DNA of 64,000 bases, from contig AP039695.1 in assembly GCA_051599415.1 (NCBI GenBank), positions 1-64,000 of the forward strand. The letters are read 5' to 3'. Positions 58,401 to 64,000 of this stretch are shown here, piece by piece. The stretch is from Savitreella phatthalungensis (lineage: Eukaryota). The notes beneath the pieces were generated by a model. It ran no database searches. It saw only the letters and a program-made list of their open reading frames with translations, and was not told where the DNA came from. Made by a program: the position numbers and the translations under genes. Numbering within the stretch: position 1 is the stretch's first letter; each line of letters starts with the position of its first letter.

Positions 58401-59647
58401 TCTCGCGCTTGATACTCATCATGCGCGCTCTTCACGTTAATCTTGACAAGACGAAAATGGTTCTACGCCCGACCAAAGACATTATAACCCTCGAACATCA
58501 TATCTGGCCATCTTTGAGTGACGAGCAGTGGGTACAGGTCGAACTACAGCTACGCGACCTGATCCTTGCCGATTACGGAAAGAAAAATGCTGTAAACATC
58601 GCCAGTCTGACGCAAACGGAGATACGCGACATCATCCTCGGCATGGAGGTGCAGGCACCTTCGACTCAGCGTCAGCAAATAGCTGAGGTCGAGAGAACAC
58701 GCGAAGCTCAGCAATTGACAGCGACGACTCATCAAACTACCAATGTCCACGGAGACGATATCATAACCACCACGACTTCAGCGTACGAGCAGTCCCGTAT
58801 TCAATCGCGGACAGAATGGCGAATGCGAGCGATCGCTTCCACGAATCTGCATCTGAGATTAAAAAATATCTACGTTGTTGACGGTGACTCGACCGGAGCG
58901 TCACATCAAGTAACGTACGTGCTACCGAAGAATCTGCTCGGTAGATTCGTGACAATCGCGGATCTGCGAACTCAGATCGCCGGCTTCCTATACGGACGTC
59001 CTTCTGCTGACGGGGATCAGGCCGTCAAGGAAATTCAATGCATCGTAATGATGCCGCAAAGAGGATCGAATGCTGCTGTGGAGCTTCCACATCATCTACC
59101 GCAAGTCACAAAAGCCCTCCGTGGCCTCGAACCTCTCGGGTGGATCCATACGCAAGATCGTGAGCTTCAGCAGATGTCCGCAAACGATGTAACGTTACAC
59201 GCAAAGCAACAACAAAAGATAAATGGTGTTGCAAAGGGCGAGGATGGTAGCACCTCATGGGACAATGATTCCATCACGATGACCATATCCTTCACGCCCG
59301 GAAGTGTTTCGGTCGGCTGTCATGCGCTGACGGACGCTGGCCGAGCCTGGGGCGAAAATAACCTCGACATGTCCAACGCTGCGCGGGGATTCAATCCACG
59401 TACAATGACCCGTGCTGCTCAGCTGCTACTAACGGACAATTTCCTTGGCTACTTCTGCGTGCCAGCAGACGATGACGCGGGCAAGTGGAATTATCACTTT
59501 CAAGGGGCTGCCTTCGATCCCAAACGCACATATTCGGTACGTCCGGATGTTCCGTTAAGCTTCTTCGCCCCAGAGCACCGGCAAGTGCACTTCATGGCTC
59601 TTGGTGATGCTGAGTTCGACTTTGATCGTGAGGATCTGTTCGCATAA
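52412..59647 (+). CDS. PRP8: Pre-mRNA splicing factor Prp8 (no introns, no intein)
   Basis: 2411-aa ORF with [58 protein letters not shown], and RNase H-like and Jab1/MPN regions. Confidence 0.99.
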   Translation: MTISAEKITDTEAEQSAPASKDAHAGLASRRRAPPVPPPAPPQGSKRMPNTLGRNVPPPPRPVASSAGHRDHSAAPSLRLKMDEKQRCWAKLRKDRFMLERRTGFIETQKSDMPPEHLRQIMRMHGDMSSRRFSREKRSYLGALKYMPHAVLKLLENMPMPWEDVREVPVLYHITGAITFVNETPRVIEPVYIAQWSTVWTTMRREKRDRRHMRRLRLPPFDDEEPPLLEQVSEMADLEPPEPVQMDLDEHEDSEILDWFYDPRPLSDSAQVNGPSYRKWNLTLPQMATLYRFSRHLQSGPVDRNQQYLFDKESFQTAKALNVAIPGGPRFEPLYKDVAEMKDEDWNEFNDIHKIIFRQPVRTEYRIAFPHFYNSLPRSVTTARYHEPPSMYMLAEDPDLPAFFFDPAYSPMRKIAPANEMVLEKSELQHQVEDVLCDMFELPLGTQPLLCTKPLEPESTNDALMLWFAPHPFNKRSGSTVRAQDVPLIKHWYLEHCPPGQPVKVRVSYQKLLKSYVLNSIHHKQPKPHGNKSLYKQLKGTKYFQSTTIDWVEAGLQLVRQGHNMLNLLIHRKGLTYLHLDYNFNLKPIKTLTTKERKKSRFGNAFHLIREILRLTKLLVDAQVQYRLGNIDAFQLADGIHYIFNHVGQLTGMYRYKYRLMRQIRACKDLKHLIYYRFNTGPVGKGPGVGFWAPAWRVWIFFLRGIVPLLERWLGNLLARQFEGRHASGIARTITKQRVESNYDLELRASIMNDILDMMPDGIRQSKTKLVLQHLSEAWRCWKANIPWSVPGLPAQIESVILRYIKAKSDHWVSVAHYNRERIRRGATVDKTVAKKNLGRLTRLYLKAEHERQRSYLRDGPYVTTEEAVAMYTSTVHWLESRKFQPIPFPPLNYKHDTKLLILALERLKEAYSVQGRLNQSQREELALIEQAYDNPHETLSRIKRLLLTQRSFKEAGVEFFDNYSHLTPVFTIEPIEKITDAYLDQYLWYEAEKRNLFPPWIKPSDSEPPPLLLYKWCQALNNMQEVWNTADGSSVVMMETTFEKMYEKVDLTLLSRLTSLIMDSNLSSYITAKNNVNLNYKDMNHVNSYGMLRGLQFGSFIGQFYGMVLDLLMLGLQRATEMAGPVHQPNDFLQFKDAETEVRHPIRLYARYLDRVYIAFRFDTETSRDLIQRYLTANPDPNFESIVGYPNKTCWPRDCRMRLMKRDVHLGRAVFAEMKSRLPRSVATLQWHDSFLSVYSRDNPNLLFSMAGFEIRIVPKSRAIEEEFSLKDGVWHLVNDDSKERTALAFLRVSQTAQQSFNNRIRQILMSSGSTTFTKIANKWNTALIALLTYYREAVITTPELLDLLVKCETKVQTRVKIGLNSKMPTRFPPCVFYSPKELGGLGMLSMGHILIPQSDLRWSSQTDSGGVTHFRSGMSHDVEQHIPALYRYISTWESEFQDSQRVWAEYAQKRSDAQAQNRRLTLDDLEDSWDRGLPRINTLFQKDRHTLAYDKGWRVRSEFKQYQVAKNNPFWWTSARHDGKLWNLNAYRTDMIQALGGVEGILEHTMFKATFFPSWEGLFWEKNSGFEDSMKYKKLTNAQRSGLNQIPNRRFTLWWSPTINRANVYVGFQVQLDLTGIMMHGKIPTLKISLIQIFRSHLWQKIHESVIIDLCQVFDQELEALQIEQVQKEAIHPRKSYKMNSSCADITLFASHRWYVTRPSLITEGKDELQDGSVTNKFWIDVQLRFGDYDSHDIERYTRAKYLDYTTDAQSIYPSPNGLMVGIDLAYNLWSAFGQFFPGLRPLVQQAMTKIMKANPALYVLRERVRKGLQLYSSEPQETYLNSQNYADLFSNQTMWFIDDTNVYRVTIHKTFEGNLTTRPINGAIFIMNPQTGQLYLKVIHTSVWAGQKRLGQLAKWKTAEEVAALVRSMPVEEQPKQLIVTRKGMLDPLEVHLLDFPNVTIKGSDLQLPFQAALKIEKFGDMILKATEPQMVVYNLYDDWLKSHSPYTAFSRLILIMRALHVNLDKTKMVLRPTKDIITLEHHIWPSLSDEQWVQVELQLRDLILADYGKKNAVNIASLTQTEIRDIILGMEVQAPSTQRQQIAEVERTREAQQLTATTHQTTNVHGDDIITTTTSAYEQSRIQSRTEWRMRAIASTNLHLRLKNIYVVDGDSTGASHQVTYVLPKNLLGRFVTIADLRTQIAGFLYGRPSADGDQAVKEIQCIVMMPQRGSNAAVELPHHLPQVTKALRGLEPLGWIHTQDRELQQMSANDVTLHAKQQQKINGVAKGEDGSTSWDNDSITMTISFTPGSVSVGCHALTDAGRAWGENNLDMSNAARGFNPRTMTRAAQLLLTDNFLGYFCVPADDDAGKWNYHFQGAAFDPKRTYSVRPDVPLSFFAPEHRQVHFMALGDAEFDFDREDLFA

Positions 59648-59888
59648 CAAGGGCAGACATCTGAGTTATGTAGACGGCCGCCGGACAGCGGACCTGAACA
59701 CTGTGCGAGACCTGCTATCGAGATCGCGCGCGCACAGCGCGACTATTGATGGCATGCCGAATTTATATGTTGAAGACAATATTTATAATGATGAGACGCC
59801 AATGCTATGAAGTGAGACTGTGAGTGCTGTGGCTGTCGCCAGAGATGATCGAAAGGTTGCATCCCAGTAACGATGGTGCTGATATATT

Positions 59889-61535
59889 TCACTCGTACAG
59901 CGTGTCGCGCAGGAACTCGATGGTACGCTGCAAGGCGTCCTTAGAGGCTGCAGCTGCGCCACGCTTTCCCGGATGGTATCGGGTGCAGAATCCGTGCTCC
60001 GTGGTTGGGTAGGTGACAAATTGCGATTCGAAGAATTTGTCCGCAAGCGCACGCTGTGCAGCGACCTTTTCTTCGTTGGTAAACGTTCGATCGCTCTCAG
60101 CGCAAAGCCATAGAGACGGCGTTTGAATGGCTGACCACTCATCGGGCTCGAGGAAACTTGGACACGAGATAACGGAACAGCGAACGCGACCGGCTGCATT
60201 GGCGATTGCCGCGTATCGCGCGCCGAAGCAGTAGCCGACCGCAGCTGTACCTAGCCGGGGACGTACAGTTTCCTCGATGTAGTCCAAAACTTTTGCGCAA
60301 ATAGGCGCTATTGTAGACTTGGCATGTCGCCGGCACCAATCGGGAAACGCAGCCGCTGCACCGGGAGAGCTGAAGTCGAGGGTGTCGCCGTTGAAGAGGT
60401 CTGGCATGATCACCAGGAAGCCAGCCTCAGCAATTTTGTCGCAGATGAGCCGAGTGTTAACATTGCGCCAACCGAAAAGGTCTGGCAGCACGATTACCGC
60501 TGACGGGTCGGAGCGGTGCCCAGCGCTGTAGATGTTGATTCCAGCAATCTGAGACTCTGTGCCGACAGGCACGGTGACATTGTTCGTCCCGTCGAAAAGC
60601 GGTCCCGCGGACAAGTTACCCGCAGTTCCAACGTGTGAGTATCCCGGGCCTGATTGTGAGATTTGCCCAGCACCACTAGCGCTACTGCTCGCACTGTTGG
60701 CAGGCCCGGACGCCGCTGTAGTCATGATGTAATTGTTCTTCAAAGACGGGTCGCGAGAGTTGGTTGTGTAGGCTGTCGAGACCGACGTGCTTGTGGTGTA
60801 ATTACAAATACTTGGCTGTGATGCAAACGAGATAGGGCCCTCGCCAAAAGCTCCGTATTTGGGTGCTAAGCTACCGTCTTCGGGTCTTGTGCTCAGCAGC
60901 GGACCAAGTCTGAGTAGGCCAAGCTCTGCGTTCACAGCTGGAGCGCCGAGTGCCTGGGAAACCGATGACAGTCGTTGATCGATCTCCTGTCGGTCTCGCG
61001 ACAACGATCGCTGTTGTTGCAATACACGCTCCTTTGGATCGCGAGAGCGCCGAAACGATGGAATCAAACGCCTGTCTGCCCAGCCTTTGACGCCTGCAGA
61101 GGTCGGTGTGGTGGGAGAAACTCGATCGAAGCTCTCTGTCGACTTTTCGCTAGAGTCAGATGGCAACCGGCGATCCTGTCTTTGAGACGTGGACTTCCGA
61201 GAAATCTCGTGGCTTACGAGTGTTGCTTGGTCGTAGGCTTGGGCAGATCCGATGGCCGATTGTGTACTGTTCTGTCTGTCCACGTTTGGGCCAGGAAGTA
61301 GAAAGCCTATTCCAGCGTTTGTTATTGTCGTTGGTGCTGAGGTCAAACTCTTATTTTGACCGGCCGTGATGGATTTCCCCAATTCGCTGGCATTCAATTG
61401 AGCCGCAAAATGGTCAGGAAGTGCAAATGGTAACGGCAGTCCGTTCTGAAGACAGTGCGCTGCGATCTGGATGGCAGCAAATTCTGTGCCTTCCGGTACG
61501 AATACTTGTCGTGGACTGTGGCAGACGTCGTACAT
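59889..61535 (-). CDS. Dienelactone hydrolase family protein with long disordered N-terminal extension
   Basis: C-terminal DLH domain: PDLFG, GYCFGA (Cys nucleophile), AESD and HGF. An alternative internal start ATG lies at 60725. Confidence 0.82.
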   Translation of the reverse strand: MYDVCHSPRQVFVPEGTEFAAIQIAAHCLQNGLPLPFALPDHFAAQLNASELGKSITAGQNKSLTSAPTTITNAGIGFLLPGPNVDRQNSTQSAIGSAQAYDQATLVSHEISRKSTSQRQDRRLPSDSSEKSTESFDRVSPTTPTSAGVKGWADRRLIPSFRRSRDPKERVLQQQRSLSRDRQEIDQRLSSVSQALGAPAVNAELGLLRLGPLLSTRPEDGSLAPKYGAFGEGPISFASQPSICNYTTSTSVSTAYTTNSRDPSLKNNYIMTTAASGPANSASSSASGAGQISQSGPGYSHVGTAGNLSAGPLFDGTNNVTVPVGTESQIAGINIYSAGHRSDPSAVIVLPDLFGWRNVNTRLICDKIAEAGFLVIMPDLFNGDTLDFSSPGAAAAFPDWCRRHAKSTIAPICAKVLDYIEETVRPRLGTAAVGYCFGARYAAIANAAGRVRCSVISCPSFLEPDEWSAIQTPSLWLCAESDRTFTNEEKVAAQRALADKFFESQFVTYPTTEHGFCTRYHPGKRGAAAASKDALQRTIEFLRDTLYE

Positions 61536-63398
61536 GCTGACCAGATGCTTCTACGGATGTTGATGAAGGCTGAGCTTCGCGTGAGAGCGATTCAAAGAAG
61601 TGGTATCAACCTTGGCACCTGCCGTGTCGTCTATTTGAAACCGTTCGATAGGAATCTGCAACTGGGCCGAGTGTCAATGCGCGGCGATATGCTCGTGCGA
61701 GCGATTGATTGAAAGTTGTGATGTTCCTCCTCAGCGATGCGTGATGCCGCGTGGCTCCGAGTCTCTTTGCTGATACTTTGCAACGAGCCAAAAGAGCGAT
61801 CAAATCCTCAACGATGAAGCAACACTGACTAGCCTTCTGCAGTGCTCGCCGTGAGTTTGCTGAGCAGAAGCTTGTTGTTGCGCGGTTGACGTTATGTCAA
61901 AGTCGGGCGGAGTGTCGATTTCGTAGACTTGGTTTGCTTCTCACAGAGGGTGACCACAGCGAGTCATACTTCGTCTATGGGGAAGTTGAACGATCTTGGA
62001 CCGATGCGGCGAAGGCGACAATCAGCGACCACGCGATGCTCGCTACTATGGAAGAGACTTCAGTCTACTACGGACTACTCGCGTGGTTTAGCGGTCCGCG
62101 GACAGGATTGCCGACCTCGATGAGCGACCTCTGAAGACGCAAGCATTTCGCTGGCAGCTTGACCGGTGCATTTGAGACAAAATGATGGCCACTTATAAGC
62201 TTAGATTGATGTGTTTGGATGAATCCGGCAGTCTGCTTGTATCTTTAGCGTGAAGATGGCAGAGCTCCGCTCTCATCCAGCACTCCATTTCGCAGGCCTT
62301 CATCATGGAGGGCGGCGGGGAGATGAGCGGTGAGAAGCGCTGAACGGGATCAGGCCGAGAGGCTTCCTAGAGCAATTCAAACGTCTGACCTCCTTTGGCT
62401 ACAACGTCTAGCATCGATCCACACAAATGTAGTTGAGCTCCTAGAGCTTCGTACGATCCGGATAAAAAGCGCTAACGATAATTCTATTAGTTCTTTGGGG
62501 GTTGAATAGACTGAGAAGAGTCGCTTTGAAGGAGGCTGCATGATAGATAATTATCACACCGTTGAAATTCATAAGATCAGTCGATTGAGCAATCGAGCCA
62601 CACCAGTTGGCTTCCGCTTGAGGGGTCAGCATTCCGATCTAGCGATCGAGTATTCAATATACCTTAGGTCGCTTACCGTTACACAACAAGCGAGACAAGA
62701 TGGCTAAACCAGCTTGGGATTTCTAAAGGACGAATATCTCCGATCGTTTCCTTTTGACAGCATCCAATTCAGATTGAGGGGACAAGAATATTCCGGAAAG
62801 GGCAATTGATGGCTTGCAGATTCCACATTGTTCTGTTGCGTGGATATTCTGCAAATGTGACCAGTGACGCGGGCCGTACGCTCATTGGACAATACCTGTC
62901 TCACATGTCACAAACCTGCCACCTGTATGGCACTCCCTCTACAAATAGGTTTTGTTCGATTTGACGAGCCAGATAGAGGATCATGCACGATTTCATGCAT
63001 ATTTGTATGTTCTGGTTAGATAGAGTGTTAATGGACACTTGCTTGCCCACCCTCGCGTGCTGATAACCTGATATATATTTCTAGAGAGGATGCATCTCGT
63101 AGATTAAAGTGGTGCCGATCATGACGGACACCAGAGGGATCAATATACTCGTGGAGGCCTGCGCCATTTTTGTGCTAGCGGCGACTGTTTTTCTTGCGCC
63201 GCTTCAAGTAGAAGTATGAAGCGGGCTCTGATACCTCAGTAGCCTTGCCTGGGCTCTGTTGCGTTTAACATTGGTGATACTCAATAGCGACTCCATAGGG
63301 ATGGTCAATAATCAATGATTCCATCTACTCGAGCTGTCTTTGCCCCGCGCGCGTGCGGTCACGTCAGCGGCGTCACTATCTAATTGTCCGAAGTGCAA

Positions 63399-64000
63399 TT
63401 AAGATAGCTGTCTCAACGTGTCTCGTGTCTCATTGAGACAGCCGTGATCTGCATATATGGCAGCGATAAGTGCCGAGTCAAGATTTGGAAATTCGCTCCT
63501 GAGCTGCGCTTCTTCATCGCCTTGCCCGGCAATCGTCTGTAGGGCGCTCGCTGGGCGTGGCGGGAGCGCAGGCGAGTCATACAGATGCTGCTCGTATGGC
63601 GGAGCCATTTCTTGTCGATCCTGCGGGCGTACAGGTGTTTGAGGCTTGTCGATCTGACGCTGCGATGAGAACGCCGAAGAATGTTCGGCAAGCTCGTCTG
63701 TCAAGAAAGAACCGAACGTCAAGTTCTGACGATTCAGTCTGTTGCCGTCATGGGGATACGCGTCACTGCAGGATTCTAGGTCTCTTGTATGTTCGCGGCC
63801 CCGCAAGATGTCGCGGCGCTCACGGCGCGCTTCGCGTCGTTCTGCACACTGAAGCCGGCGCTCCTGACGATGCTCATGCCTGGCATCACGCATCGATCTG
63901 CGAGCCAATTGGTATTGTTCTTGCTTACTGATCGGGAGTGCGTTACCTCTTGACAAAGAGGTTGAACCTCCCAGACGTCGGCCTAGATCTATCACAGGAG
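63399..64000 (-). CDS. CUE-domain protein, C-terminal part (5' end probably outside the window)
   Basis: C-terminal EAQLRSEFPNLDSALIAAIY..ETRDTLRQLS (FP motif, CUE-like) and a PPPY-like APPY motif. Confidence 0.65.
   Translation of the reverse strand, partial: PVIDLGRRLGGSTSLSRGNALPISKQEQYQLARRSMRDARHEHRQERRLQCAERREARRERRDILRGREHTRDLESCSDAYPHDGNRLNRQNLTFGSFLTDELAEHSSAFSSQRQIDKPQTPVRPQDRQEMAPPYEQHLYDSPALPPRPASALQTIAGQGDEEAQLRSEFPNLDSALIAAIYADHGCLNETRDTLRQLS

Noticed and set aside
59889..60725. Dienelactone hydrolase as the missing ErdH
   Set aside because: It is 36 kb away and belongs to the Cys-nucleophile DLH family; nothing in the sequence links it to ErdS.
1..64000. tRNA, rRNA, spliceosomal snRNA genes, CRISPR arrays, intact transposases
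   Set aside because: None recognised by eye. A covariance-model scan would be needed to exclude intron-split or divergent RNAs.

Overview
Left end of a chromosome from a compact, intron-poor ascomycete fungus. A Taphrinomycotina-like lineage is my inference and is not proven. Bases 1-143 are a sequencing artefact: an untrimmed Oxford Nanopore adapter plus native barcode. A (CCCTAA)n telomere follows, then a ~1.4 kb CpG-depleted subtelomere that appears to contain a decayed hAT-like transposon end. After that come 27 densely packed, mostly housekeeping genes: ankyrin protein, Rtc1/WDR24, Ubc8, Swt1-like PIN, Sec14-like, WSC-WSC-GH5 glucanase, JMJD7-like, forkhead factor, cactin, Lsm4, importin-11, Srk1/Rck2, Nbp2, Ent3, Slx4, Rrp41, Osh6/7, a DEDDy exonuclease, Thr4, Ted1, Prp8, a dienelactone hydrolase, a CUE protein and a few uncharacterised proteins. 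The most notable system is an aspartyl-tRNA synthetase fused to a DUF2156 aminoacyl-transferase (ErdS type, tRNA-dependent sterol aminoacylation). This architecture is already known from Aspergillus, but here it has no adjacent erdH hydrolase and has a 3' hairpin. Other leads are a frame-preserving 54-nt cassette-type exon in the Srk1/Rck2 kinase, an in-frame retainable intron in the Lsm4 RG tail, convergent genes with overlapping stop codons, and two intergenic structured-RNA candidates. All family calls come from motif recognition by eye; no searches were run.
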